NCBI GenBank assembly: GCA_040954595.2
Contig: CM082590.2
Location: 8,991,764 to 9,055,763, forward strand
Source of the DNA: Balanoglossus misakiensis
Taxonomy: Eukaryota; Animalia; Hemichordata
Direction: 5' to 3'
DNA: 64,000 bases
Shown here piece by piece: positions 50,350 to 63,405 of the stretch. The translations under genes and the position numbers were made by a program. Below the pieces are notes generated by a model, which did no database searches, had not been told where the DNA came from, and saw nothing but the letters and a program-made list of their open reading frames with translations. Each line of letters begins with the position of its first letter. The first letter of the stretch is position 1.

Positions 50350-50805
50350 GTAAGAACTACAGCAGTGGTCTGAGAGTGACTGTAATGAGTTCAATCACAA
50401 ATTTCAGGTACTTTCTGATGTCATAATGATTCCAGCCTAGTCTGTGAATTTAGCCGAAAACCCCCAAATACCAAGAACGATAATATTTCCCTTCTATCGC
50501 TTCTTTTGTTTTCCTGATCCCTAATTTGCTACAAGGAAATAGCTACTGAAAATGCAAGTGACCTCAGGTGACCTCTGAACACGTAGATTTAAGGTTTAAA
50601 CAATTATTTTACAGGAAAGCTGTTCAAAAACCCAATTCAAAGGATTCCTCAAGCACTTATTTTCCATACCTGTCAAGAATTATAGATCACAGTAGCAAGA
50701 AAACACTTACTTTCGTCTCTGTTAGAACTCTCCAAAGTCCAGCCTCCAGCTTGCACCCTATCAGTCACGTGAGTCTGTTAAACATTAACCCAGAGACGCC
50801 CTCTA
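50350..50805 (-). promoter_or_regulatory. Promoter / non-coding first exon module of the NLR-related gene (copy A)
   Basis: On minus: gagggcgtctctgggttaatgtttaa, a tcacgtga E-box-like palindrome, then a gaaa|gtaagt donor at 50711/50710. Acceptor of the first coding exon is at 49838. Homologous to 62310-62835 and 62870-63405. Confidence 0.6.
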
Positions 50806-51570
50806 CAGTATCTTCTTACGTTTCTGTTCTTTATGGTAATCTAGTGGCTTTATTACCCTTGAGACCAGCTTTATCTAGCCTAGACAGATGCTCCAACCCT
50901 ATCTGTGCATAAAACCTGTTTGTGTGGACTGTATAAGTGAAAGTTTAAAAAGAATAAATTCGTAGTCATGTTTTTGCTCAATCAACTGATGAGTGCGTGA
51001 GGCCTCAGGAAAGATTATGTGAATTATTAAAAGGAAAATGCTCAGCCAATTAATTCAGATATCAGATTTTTCAGTTTTGAACACCAAAAATCTAATACTT
51101 CGAAATTTCATTACGACGTCTGCTTATCCTGTGAATTTTCTAGAACAAACTATAATAAAATGATGATACCAATTTTCCTCAAACGAAACGTGTGTTGTCC
51201 AAAACGAAAATTTAATACAAGGAAGGTTTCGTGCTCATATCCCAATTGAACAAGTATGTATCATTTTATCTATCCATCTTGATATGCATCTCATTTTTTT
51301 TGCTTGTTGCTTATCTGTCTGTCTGTCCGTCCGTCCATCCATCCATTTATATGTCAGTCTGTCTGTCGATTTATCTGGCAGGAACAAGTTATGAGGGTTA
51401 ATAATTTTGGAAAAATGACAAGTTGACTATGGCTTCAAAAAGGGCTAAAATTAACTTTATTGCCTATCCATGTGAAACAAATACGACCAGAAAATACGTG
51501 TTTTTATATATGTACATAGTTAACATGATTAAACAGTGACATCACCTATTGACTAGTCAATCCATACGAA

Positions 51571-51761
51571 TTGAAGGTATAGTTACCTTTAATTTACATA
51601 CGCCCATGTATAGCTAAAATTGCGTATTTGAGCGTTCAAAAGAACAAACGGGGCGCGCGCCTTTTTCGCGTGTGCCACCCACTGAAAATCTGTGATTGGC
51701 TAGATGTCCATTTGCCATGGTAACTACAGCTAACTTTCCATAGGTGACCGTGTACCTTTAA
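51571..51761. mobile_element. MITE family D copy
   Basis: aaggtatagttacc...gccatggtaactacag...ataggtgaccgtgtacctttaa. Confidence 0.75.
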
Positions 51762-51943
51762 TGTTCATGTCTGTTGCAATTAAGTCATACTCATTCATCA
51801 ATGTATCAAAATGAGACAATAGATTGGATGGAGTACACAATAGTTCCTGCTGGCTGCCTTTCTTTGCTAGCTTTTTCCTTGAGTGCTGGTTGGGCCCGAC
51901 CACCATCCAGGGTACGAGGGCAGAACCCTGAATGAATGTTAGT

Positions 51944-54900
51944 CTATTGGGAATTTTTGTGCGAGGTTCTATGTCTCCACAATGCACTGTCGCTGTTCAA
52001 ACACTGTCCACATATCTCGCACTTGAACGGGTTTTTCTCCAGGTGGATCTTCAAGTGGCGTTTATAGCTTTTCTTCCAAGTGAACGTCTTGTCACAGTGC
52101 TCGCATTGTATCAGGGATCCCTTTTCCTTGGAGCCGTCTTTCTTCTGCACTTCATGACCTTGACACTGACCTTGGTGATCTTTCACCTCGAAGCGTCTGA
52201 GGAACGCGACGCCGCAGACCTCGCACTTGAAGTTGCGTTCCCCGTGCACGGCCATGTGGTCGCGGAGGTTCCCGGGGGTCAGGAAGCGCTTGCCGCATCT
52301 CTCGCAGCTGAACGGCCGCACGTTGGAGTGTTTTCTGAGATGGTACCGGTAGACACTCTTAGACGAGAATTCCTCACCACATTTCCCGCACCTGAAGGGT
52401 TTCGCTCCTGTGTGCACCCGCTGGTGCTCAACCAAATAATACTTATGCTTGAATTTCTTATCACAGTATTCACACGAGTACGGTTTATCGTCAAAATATT
52501 TCTTCGTGTGATCCAGCAAGCGACTGCGAGTGATGAAGTTCTTCTTGCAGATATCGCACTGGAAACGCGAGTTGTCAACGTGTTCGTAACTGTGTACTTT
52601 TAGCGACTGTTTGTTCTTGTAGGATTTTCCACAATCGCTGCAGTCAAAGGTCGCTTCATTTGAAGGCTTTTTATGAGTGTCTGGCAAGGCGATATTTTCA
52701 TCACAGTGATGACTGTTTGTCTGTTGTTGTTTGCGGTGTGTGTTAGTGTGACGATACAATGACGTACGAAGCATCGTCTTTCCGCATATTTCACAGGCAA
52801 CTCGTTGACGCTTTGCGTTCTTTGGAGTCTCAGGGATACTGACGTTATCGCTTGAGCTGGAGCAACTGTTGGCAAAGTCGCTGCCTTTTTCGTTCACAGT
52901 GACGTCATCATCCTCATCTATCTCGCTGTAAGTGTGCAAAGCTATGCGTTTCCTTTTGGTCAACCTGGGTGACTGAACAGATGAGAGATTGGAATCGTCA
53001 CACTTACTATTAGGGCAGTCATCTTCTAGAGGAGCACTTGGTGTCTGTCTGTCACCATTACGATTTTCTACAACATCCTGGGTACTCTCAACCGCCTGTT
53101 TTCCATTCCTCTGATTGACATCACCATGTAAACCGTCACTATGGTGACGCTCGTCATGATCTTGGTCGCACAAAGCGTCGCCTTCTTGTATCCTCGTTGC
53201 GCGCCTTGTTGACAAGTCGAGTGGGAACCTCTCGCCAGAGATCCCATCCTCAGTCTGCGCATGTGCGTAAACTGACTGGCCAATCAACGGCTGGTGTGAG
53301 TCACCATCAGTATAGCCGTCACCTAGTTCTTCCTTTACCTTCGTCTCATCCACACACAGAGTTCCACTCGAAGAAACATCACACACTACCCCATCCGCCA
53401 TTTCTGCGGGTGTCTGTTCACAATGATACCTGGTTGATATGACGTCACTTCCTCTTGTTTCCCCTTCAAAGTCTCCATCGTCTACAATGTTGCAAGCATT
53501 TTCAACTGCACATTTTGCATCCAATGCACATTCCGTACTATTTAACCGATACGAGGCAACACTGACACTTTCTTGGGAGTAGCAAGCGCCGTCTACGTCA
53601 CAATAGGACACCTGTCTTTCGCCAGACTCCCCACTGATAAAATCTCTTGAATTTTCATTTCCTTCATAAGACAAGAAATCATCTTCTGTAAGCTCCAACT
53701 TCACTCTGGGTGCATCTTTCCCTGGTTTGTCTATTGGCTCAATGTATATATCTGGTTCTCTACATGTACCACAAGAGTTTTCACTCATCTGTGAGATTTG
53801 GTCCCTAACGCAGAAATTAATGACATCATCTTCTCCGGGAATATGGTATTCCTGTATGAAGTAATCGTCACTCTGAGGGGTATTACACACGGGCTCTTCC
53901 GTGACGTCACCACTTCCAGCGTCAAAAGTGTCGCCATAGTTACCACAGCGCTCGTCTGCAGTGACGTCATCAGTATTAACAGTCACAACCCCACGTGGTG
54001 CATAATTAGCACCAGTGCCCTCCCCACAGTCAGTAACGCCACCAGTACTGTGATGATCATGGCCAGAATCTAAATAAGCACCTTCAGTTTTGATGCAATT
54101 GTCCCATAACCGAACTTCAGAGGGCGCAGCTGTCTTTACGGAGCTAGTATCGTTGTTAACACTTTCGGCTTGGACGCAAGCGTTTATATTTGAGCCTGAT
54201 CCACATTCAGAAATTTCAAATACATTTTCAAAATCCTTCGGTTCTTCTTTTATTCTTATATTGTTGGTCACATCCCTACAGTTTTCGACATCTTCGCTGA
54301 CTTGTGTGCTGGTCTCGTCAGATTCATCCTCGGTGTCTTCACTCAAATCGCACGTCTTCAGTTTCATTGTGACCATTCCAGTCTGGCAGAGGAAATTTAA
54401 AATGTTGGTCCATTCTGTCGAAAGAAAATATGAAATTGAGACAACGTTATACTTTTTATGGGTTGTTTTGTTTAATTATACCAAAATGACACAATGAGAA
54501 TCGGAAATTATCACAATGAGGTTTTCTAGCACTATTACTATGCCATCACTCTGATAGATAACATTTTCAAGTACATGTAAGTGTAGAGTGCACACCTTTC
54601 GCTGAAGTCCTATTCTCGTCCAGTCTCGACAGAACTTTCTTGCTCGCCCAGTGGAAACATCTCCCGATATGTTTGATGAACTCGGTATCGGCTGCTTCCT
54701 GCCAAATCAGATCGCAATCTGATAAATAAATCAAAACGAATTGTTTAACTATTTTCAATCAACTTATGTACTAGTATTTCCTTGTTATGCACACAGGTGT
54801 CCAATACTGGTATATTATATATATATAGTTTTATATAGTATATTGTCCCTTTGTCACAGCCCTAGGACAGTCGCTAGTGGTGTTGTATATAATACGCTGG

Positions 54901-55706
54901 ACAATGATAGGTGTACAGGTATATATGCCATCTCGGCTAACTGTCCGTCTAATTGTCTGTCCATTGTTATATTACGGGTCTCTCATCAACATACAAGCGC
55001 AATTCAATCAATTTTGATGTCTTTCTGGTCAGACTTTAATATGTCTAGTTTGTAAATGACCAATGGCTTATGGCATGGTACACCCATGGGAGAACTTTGG
55101 TCCAAGACAAACACGGATGTTAAGCAGAGTTACGTAATCTTCAACGCAGCTTTACTAAAAACAAATACGGTCTTATTTGCACAACAATGTAACAGCATAG
55201 AATATTGTGGTTCGTAGCGTCATTTACGATATGCGAGCAAACACAGCAAGTCCATGGCTTCGACGAGAAGATTTTATTGCGCTCTTAAATTGTCGTCTTT
55301 TTCAACAGTGGTATAGTGTAGTGCACATGGACATACGAAAATAACTTCCCTCCTTAGAATGGACCGATCGTCAATACAAATCAGTGGACCTATTACAATC
55401 GTCATAATACTAGTATAAAACTAATCTTACAGACACCACTATTGAAAGGACCCTATTGAAATATTCAGTACTGCAATACACCTTTTTATGCAATACAGGC
55501 ACACAAGTTACTATACCAGTCGAGTAGACAAATGAAGGCCAATATTCAAGTATCATCTTACCGAAGCGACTCAAGTTCCTGACGATCGAGTCGAGTTGTT
55601 TTGAACGGTGTGTGTCGGTAGACGCACTGGCATGACTGCTGATTTCTTCGCTGAAAACCAAGGTGACGTTCTCGTACAGGGCAACGCTTACTTCAGAAAA
55701 CTTCAT
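51944..55706 (-). CDS. C2H2 zinc-finger protein (about 9 fingers, one degenerate, one C2HC) with PLDLS CtBP-binding motif, about 927 aa
   Basis: Exons 55706-55517, 54718-54596, 54414-51944 (phase 1/1, 2784 nt). CxxC-x12-HxxxH fingers, e.g. CEYCDKKFKHKYYLVEHQRVHTGAKPF; ERFPLDLSTRR at about 53210-53224. Confidence 0.88.
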
Positions 55707-57391
55707 CCTTAGAGAATGTTGAAGGCGAAGTCATCAAATAAGACTCGAATCCCAACAGAGGAGTGACGTCACAACCGAAATTCACACCAATCCTCCCCCA
55801 CTCAAGTTCAGCGTGTGGGACGTACAACTTCAAGTGCGTTTGGGTAATTGCATGTGAGGGCGCATTCCTTCCTCCAAATCTCACTACCAAAGCTCGCTCA
55901 AAGCAAATAAATACACGAAAAGTATTGAGAATCTTTATAAAGACAAGACATATTACCAAGCAAGTAGTGGGCTAGTCTAGTGCAGTCCCTGAAATTTCAG
56001 AAAATAATAAACTATAGACTCAAGCATGGTTTATCCATAGTGAGTCCCTCTACCCATGGTAGTTTATACATAGAAAATGATTTTCGAATTATTATTATTA
56101 TAAGACACTGAGTGACCGCAGTTCATTCATAACGCAAGTAAAGTATTGCGTTACATCAGTGCAATAAGCTCGTAAATGATGGACTTATTACGCTGGACTG
56201 TAACTTTCAAACCTCGACTGGCGAGATCTATGACCGTGCCGATTTAATAGCCAGTCGCGGTTTGAAAGTTGCAGTTCTATACAGATAGTTTGAAAATGCT
56301 TACTGCATACGCTGAAAAGTTTGCGCTCATGCGCAATGCGTACCTCGCCGGACAGATATAATCAAAGTCTGCCTTTGGATATAATACTAGAACAAGGGTT
56401 CTGCCTGAGTTTTAGCAGAAAGTTGCAACGCAATTGAGCTCCGCTATTTTGTGTATTTTGCTGATATTGGAGGCTTTTAAAAAATACATCTACATAAAGT
56501 GGTGCACATATGACTTCCACGAAAATGCGCGAACTTTGCCGAGTATAGTCCGAAGACGCCTATGAATAAATTAATTCGCAATTCAATTAAACAGTAGATC
56601 AAAGAACAGCATCGGTTCTTCTAAGGCGTCAAGCTATGATTTGAATCTGTCCAAACTGATGAGGAACCTTCAAGGATTTTATTATGAAGTGAAGGTGATG
56701 GATAAAGCATTGAAGTGCTTAGGTAATCGTTTTTATAAATAACAATCTACGTTTTCATGTTTTGTGGGCGTTTCATAGAATTTGTCTGTGTCTGTCATTA
56801 TGGTACAGACATGTGGTCAAGAAATTTCCTCTCAAATCTATCTTTGTGAAGTTTGCCGTGGTATTTGAAACTGCAAGTAATAACCGATCATGTGGCTATG
56901 TTCATGTATGGACACTGAGTTATGTATTGCTGAAATTTTGTTGTATGATAATTCACCGTCGCCCCTAACAACAGGCCCAAGTCAGTTCTGGTGTATGTTT
57001 TGCTCATACATAATAAAACACACAATCATCAATGTCTCGCTTTAATATTTCGTTGTTTTTTCTCCTCCCAGGGTAAATTAATAGTATATATATGCACAGA
57101 TACATCGTATTGAGAAAACGAACCGTAAAACTGCTGTCAAGATAACTTCAAACGCGTTTGGAAACAAGTAAAGTGAAATTCATGGTGGATCTGGATGAAA
57201 TGTGAAAGGTACAGAACATTGGACAATCGGAACCACTGGAACAGAAAAACATTGACTATAAGTATAACAGCAAATGGATATAACAATGTAATTTCCACGC
57301 ATACTTGAGAACTATTGTCTTCGTGCCAAGGATGATGTTCATAAATTTACTACCATCTTCCTAAACTGATATCCAGGATGTCAAAACCAGA

Positions 57392-60300
57392 CTACAATAG
57401 AAATCGGGCGTCCAGTAACTCCTGTGGGATTCCAGGTAAGTCTCTTACACTAACAGTCTTCTTCTTGCGCATGTGTCTTGTGTACTCGACGTACATTGAC
57501 CAATTTGATGTTCTTGAACTGAAGAAGAGTTGGGCTCCTGCAAATAGTGTACAGATTACTTAAGGCAATCATGTCAGAATTATTACAATCATATCCATAT
57601 TCTAAAGTTCATTGGTCAGATATTAACATTGTCAGTTCCAACGGTCACAGAACAAACAATCAACAAAACACACAGAACTAACTTGAGTTCTTGAAAGAAA
57701 GATATATGGACTTCCAGCAAAAAAATACCAGGATGTGGTGTTACTGTTGGGTGTTTCGAAAATAGTAAGCCGACCCTGCTCCATATGTTGTAGCTGCCAT
57801 CTGTCAATCTCTGGGGGTGAAAGGGCTAACCCTTTCACCCCTAGTTTTCTCTTTAAAGGTCCAACCTTACCACAGAAAACAATGGGTTTGGACTGAACCA
57901 TGGTGGTGTAAGGGTTATAACAGGTTTAACTGTACTGGTACTTACTTTCTGCCATTTCCTGTTCAATCAAAGATAACGCATAGTTGTCATGTTCATACTT
58001 CCTGAGCGATGGAGCCATCTTAATTAAGTCCTCAGCATAGTACACACGTAGATCAGCAGCACTGAGATAGGATCCTATGGTCTTGTGACATCAACAGAAT
58101 AAATTCAGGTTGAATGATAAGATTTTTGCAAACTTGGCAAGAGCCCCCCAAAATCGCGAAAATTAATCGTTGTGAAAGGACAATGTGTACAATTGAATGT
58201 TTTTCGGAGATAGGAGAATGCACATATTAATTGTCACGAAAAATTCGCCTCGTGATATTGCAAAAATTTCCTTGTTGCGAAAATTTTTCGGTTTTAAAAT
58301 ATCTACACTATATCTGACCAATCACCATCGAGTAACCTACCTGAGCATATACAGGAGTGGCAACATACAAACATGATAATTTTTCACGCTTCATTGTGGA
58401 CTCGATTTCACGTACAATAATCGGTGCTGCTTCCTGAAGCAATTGGAGATTCTGCGGAACCCTCTTTTCTTTACAGTCCTTGTTCTTTTCTGTACATCTA
58501 CATAGTACAATACGAATAAGAAATTATTATGCTGTTCCCTTTAAAGGGACAAAGTCTCTCTCTCGCTGCCCTTTTCCATTAATTATAATTGATACAAGAC
58601 AATTGTGAATATACGTTCAACCACACACAACTTCCATCCCGTTTGTAGGATATGAGAATTGAAATGTCTTGCTAGAATTAAAGGTATAAGAATCATAATT
58701 TTGATTTTTTCCAGTTAGGGAGCTTTCAGTTGTTATATGGGTGGGAAATGGGGAGATTACATTTTACATGTAATTTCTCGTGACCCACCCCCTCATAATA
58801 ATTGAAATCTCCCTTATTGGGAAATTACTAGTACTCACTGTACTGAATACTCAGCGCTCTTATTTCTCCAGTGCATTACTGCATAGTTGCCATGGCAAAG
58901 CTTCTCTCCTCCCTCCAAGGCTAAGCGACGAATGTAGGGCGCTCGCACCAGATATTTTTCGACGAGCGCTTCTATCTGCGTCATACACGTGTAGTTTGCG
59001 TCGGAGGTCCTGAACGCTAGACACTGTTGGGGTGGATCTCCACGAAGCACGTCCTCGCGGAAAGTGGCGTAATTTTTATGAACGTCGGGGAATGATATAT
59101 TTTTGAAATAATTGGCCATGAATTTGATTGCGCCTTTGTTTGAGACCACGTCATCCTCACACATACGCATCTGGTATTTTGTGCACCACTCGGTTTTATA
59201 CTGACGTCTTGGTACGGCAGCGATGAGGTTTCCCTTCTCGATACCACCATTGCACATGTCGTAGAAGTCTTCAACTGGAAGGGTGGGTAGCAGTTCGTTT
59301 AGTGCGTCAGTGTCAAATGTCTGATCGAAGCGTCTGGGCGTGTCAATGTCTGTTTCCTGGAAAGCGTGGGGTTGGAAATCATGAGTGACTATGCCGAGTC
59401 TGTTTGCAACAGCAAATTGTAAAGTCCATCGGTACATGTTGTAGAAACTGCCCGGCCCGCCCGCTTGTTTGTACGTGGGAATTACAAACTGTTGCCGGAG
59501 TTTTCCTGGTTTTCCGTCTGACGGGAATCGCGGGAATTCTTTCACATCCTTGCAATCTGGGCTGCCCAACGGCACATCTGTTGTAGAAATTTCCATCTCA
59601 GAATCAAACTCTTCGTTGTCCAAACCTTGAAGTTGCGAATCAAAGTCATGTGACCGACTTGCGTTTCCGATGGTGAAGTTCTCAGTTGTCAATGACACCC
59701 CTTCTGTGTCGGAGCTATGAACATCAATATTGGTCTTGACACTTTTCTGCGAAAATGGTACATATTATGGTTCTTAGATGTAGTCTACAAAGAAAATATA
59801 CATGCTATAAAACTTTCTTAATTTATTACAAACTGTACTATACACCTTCAGTAGATCATGAGTTTTGTACCAAATATTTATGGTAGCCCGCATATACCAG
59901 TAACCTCTTCTTAAATACAGCAACCCTGAACTTAAAATAGGTGACTAAAACAGCTGAAGAACAAAAAAAACACACGAAAACTCGTAAAATGGTGTTTTTA
60001 CCATCATCCTTTTAAAATTTACGTATTTTGTTCTAACATAGGAATCACCATGATGGACATACAGTATTATTTGATTTTCGCGTGAACTGCTTATATCATA
60101 TCATAATACCGTATTGTCTCTCACCTGTGAAGTGATTGTCCAGCCTTGCAAAACAACTGGATAATTCTTGTATAGTTTTCCAATGAACACAAGGTTACAA
60201 ATAAGTACAACAGTGAAGATGGCAAGGACCAAGTTAGTGTTCCTATAAATGAGACAACAACTGTATGACAGGCAAATAGACTAAAACTAGTGTCAGTGGC

Positions 60301-61371
60301 CACCTCTATATAGTGGCCACTTTGTTACAGTATCTGTGCAATTTACATGTGCAGTGATTGACCCATCTATGAAGGCCAGTTTGGGAAAGTCCCTTGACTG
60401 GCCACTATAGACAACTTTACCATAGAAAACAATGGGTTTGGACTGAACCATGGTGGTGAAAGGATTAAAGGTATACAGTCACCTCCAATTTATATACGCC
60501 CATATTTGGCTGAAATGGCGTATTTTAGCATTCTAAAAAACATTTGGTGGCACTCTTTTTTGCGCGTGTGCCACCTGCTGAAAATCTGTGATTGGCTAGA
60601 TCTCAATTCGCCATGGTAACTATAGATAATTTTCCATAGGTGACCGTATACCTTTTAAGTAAGTGTTGTACCATAGACAAAGCAGATAGAAGGGCATGTA
60701 ACTGACGGTGCTTTGTTTGATGCAAAGCTGCAGTTTATAATCGGCCTTAAGTCTGGTACCAGTTATCCTGTTCAACAGATTTACCGAAAGAGCTCAGAAC
60801 CATCTGTGGCACTGACTTAGCGACCTTGTCTAACATTTTATCTCACAGTTTCTCATATACTGTACAATCGTATTTAGTGTGTTGGCAGTGCCAAATATGG
60901 ACAGTATTTTTAATTATTGCAAGCACGGGTAGCATTTTAAAACTTTTTCCATTCACAGGAATCAGATGGCATATTTTAAAATAATTTATCGGTTTTTGTT
61001 TGATTTTTTAATAATTTTTATTATTTACCCCAAATTTTTTACTTGTATGAAAATGTAGGCCACCTTTACCTCTGTGCCAATCAACTATCTTTCTCACCAG
61101 ATCAGTGCATATCTCAAAAGAATTAATTTTCTAAAATAAGTCATTTAGGTGTGTCAGCTGACCAGGCAATGTTTCTACTCTAATATCCTACAAACAGGAT
61201 GGAAGTTGTGTGTGGTTGAACGTTGATTCACTATATATCCACATGTAGAATAACATAAACGGTGTCTTGCATCAAAAATAATTAATGGTAAAGGGGCAGC
61301 GAGAGAGAGACTTTGTTCCTTTAATGGTGAGACACTAGATAACAATGTGAAAGAACTTACCTTGCGGCCAT
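57392..61371 (-). CDS. O-fucosyltransferase-like (POFUT2/GT68-related fold) type II membrane protein, about 491 aa
   Basis: Exons 61371-61361 (ccaccATGG context), 60242-60125 (TM LVLAIFTVVLICNLVFIG), 59746-58839 (YAVMHWRN), 58497-58341 (LYVATP), 58081-57946 (YALSLIEQEMAE), 57537-57392 (RAQLFFSSRTSNWSMYV). These motifs parallel the H-x-R, YIATD and DQxIC..STFS motifs of O-FucT enzymes. 1476 nt in frame. Confidence 0.78.
60282..60658. mobile_element. Composite of three stacked MITEs (family B 60282-60412, family A 60414-60468, family D 60465-60658)
   Basis: Consecutive matches to the three families; A and D share one TTAA at 60465-60468. Confidence 0.75.
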
Positions 61372-61496
61372 GGTGGTTTTTAAACCTTCAAAAATAGATT
61401 CTTAACCAAGCAGTACTTGAAACGACCGTTGTATCTGGCAAACTCAAAAGAACCGGGAGTGAATTGATGCTTATAATCCCAGATAAATGATACATA

Positions 61497-61575
61497 ATAT
61501 ATTCATTTATTTCATAGTATTTTCATAAAATATTCATTTATTTCATTGTATTTTCATAATATATTCATTTATTTC
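61497..61575. repeat. 31-bp AT-rich tandem repeat, about 2.5 copies
   Basis: atattcatttatttcat(a/t)gtatttttcata repeated. Confidence 0.75.
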
Positions 61576-62309
61576 TCAAGAGTATTACCTTGCAGCTGTT
61601 ATGCAGTTTAGCGGAAAAAGTGGTTAAGGCAAATCTGTCAGTTTCTGTGCCATCATTCACTCGAATCGAGAGAGAACAGTTCTGGTGTCGGGACACACAG
61701 GCAGTTGGTCATGCGTTTGAAGAGATACCAGATCATTCGTGAAACAGCTACACACAAAATTCTCCATTTTAAGAAACTGCTCAAACGAAACTTGTTCTTT
61801 TGTGGGAATATCATCTTTGAATATAGATTCCCTATTCCACACGGTGCCTGTATTGTGATAGCATTAACAGTCTTTCCGACTTCCAAATTGTCTTTTTTCC
61901 AGAAGGGATTTTATTTTTGCCATTCAGTGTTAGGATGGCGTCTTTGTTTACGATCGCGCGAAACGCATCGGTAGATTTGTCCATATGGTGTAAAGAATAA
62001 AGTTGCGCGCGAGCGTGCGTTGGGTTGTTTCTGTGTAATGACACGTGACATCTTCAGATCATCGGGATAAACACATAGCCGGATGAACAGATGGAAGTTT
62101 TTTTTTTTTTCATTTTCGCAATACCAGCCTGTTTCATCATTTTGCTAGCCTGGTCTCCATACCCAGTGTGTTTTAGGTAGACTCGCACACAAGGGTCTGG
62201 CCACAGAGTCAAGTATCTTCCATTTTTAAGATCTGCATGTCAATAGAACTCAAGATGCGATGTCACGGCAACGAGGTCACCACATGGTCTTGACTCTGAC
62301 GTCGTTCAA

Positions 62310-62835
62310 GCCGTCTAAGCGTGTCTGACGTCATTTGATATCGAAGAATTAACTGTGAACAACAGAAGTGTATGAACGAACCAAAGAGGGCGTCTCTGGG
62401 TTAATGTTTAAAAGACTGGACGCGGGGATATGGTAGGAAGCAAACTGGAGGCAGGATTTGGAACAGTTCTCTCTCGGCTAAAAGTAAGTGCTTTCTTGAT
62501 GAATTCTCTGAAAATTCTTGACAGATCTGGAAAATAAGTGCATGAGGAATCATTTGAATTGGATTTTTGAACAGATTTGCTGCAAAATAATAGTTTAAAC
62601 CTTAAATCTACGTGTTCAGAGGTCACCTAAGGTCACTTTAAGTGGTATTTTCAGTAGCTATTTCCTTGTAGCAAATTAGGAATCACGAAAACAAAAGTAG
62701 CGATAGAAGGGAAATATTATCGTTATTAGTATTTTGGATTGTTCCGCTAAATTCACAGACTAGGTTGGAATCATTATGACATCAGAAAGTACCTGAAATT
62801 TGTGATTGAACTCATTACAGTTCCTTACATAGCCA
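62310..62835 (+). promoter_or_regulatory. Promoter / non-coding first exon module, copy B
   Basis: tgacgtca (CRE-like), gagggcgtctctgggttaatgttta, ctaaaa|gtaagt donor at 62483/62484; inverted homologue of 50350-50805. Confidence 0.6.
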
Positions 62836-62869
62836 TTAACCACTGGAAATTTGAATGGCTACGTAACTG

Positions 62870-63405
62870 CCGTCTAAGCGTGTCTGACGTCATTTGATAT
62901 CAAAGAATCAACTGTGAACAACAGAAGTGTATGAACGAACCAAAGAGGGCGTCTCTGGGTTAATGTTTAACAGACTGGACGCGGGGGGATATATGGTAGA
63001 AAGCAAACTGGAGGCAGAATTCTGAACAGTTCTCTCTCAGCTAAAAGTAAGTGTTTTCTTGATGAATTCTCCAATAATTCTTAACAGATCTGGTAAATAA
63101 GTGCATGAGGAATCCTTTGAATTGGATTTTTGAACAGATTTGCTGCAAAATAATGGTTTAAACGGTAAATCGCTTGTGTTCAGAGGTCACCTGGGGTCAC
63201 TTTTAGTAGCCATTTTCAGTAGCTATTTCCTTGTTTTAAATTAGGGATCAAGAAAACATCCGTAGCGATAGAAGACGGATAGTATTGTTCTTAGTATTTT
63301 AGGTTGTTCAGCTAAATTCACAGACCAGACTGGAATCATTATGAGATCTGAAAGTACCTGAAATTTGTGATTGAACTCCTCACAGTCATTCTCAGACCAC
63401 TGTTG
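62870..63405 (+). promoter_or_regulatory. Promoter / non-coding first exon module, copy C (tandem duplicate of B)
   Basis: Begins gccgtctaagcgtgtctgacgtcatttgatatc as copy B does; donor ctaaaa|gtaagt at 63046/63047. Confidence 0.6.

Noticed and set aside
50568-50912. Paralogous small proteins MTSEHVDLRFK (also 62408..62626)
   Set aside because: GTG starts, antisense to the inferred transcripts, and the third copy is disrupted; similarity comes from the duplicated non-coding module.
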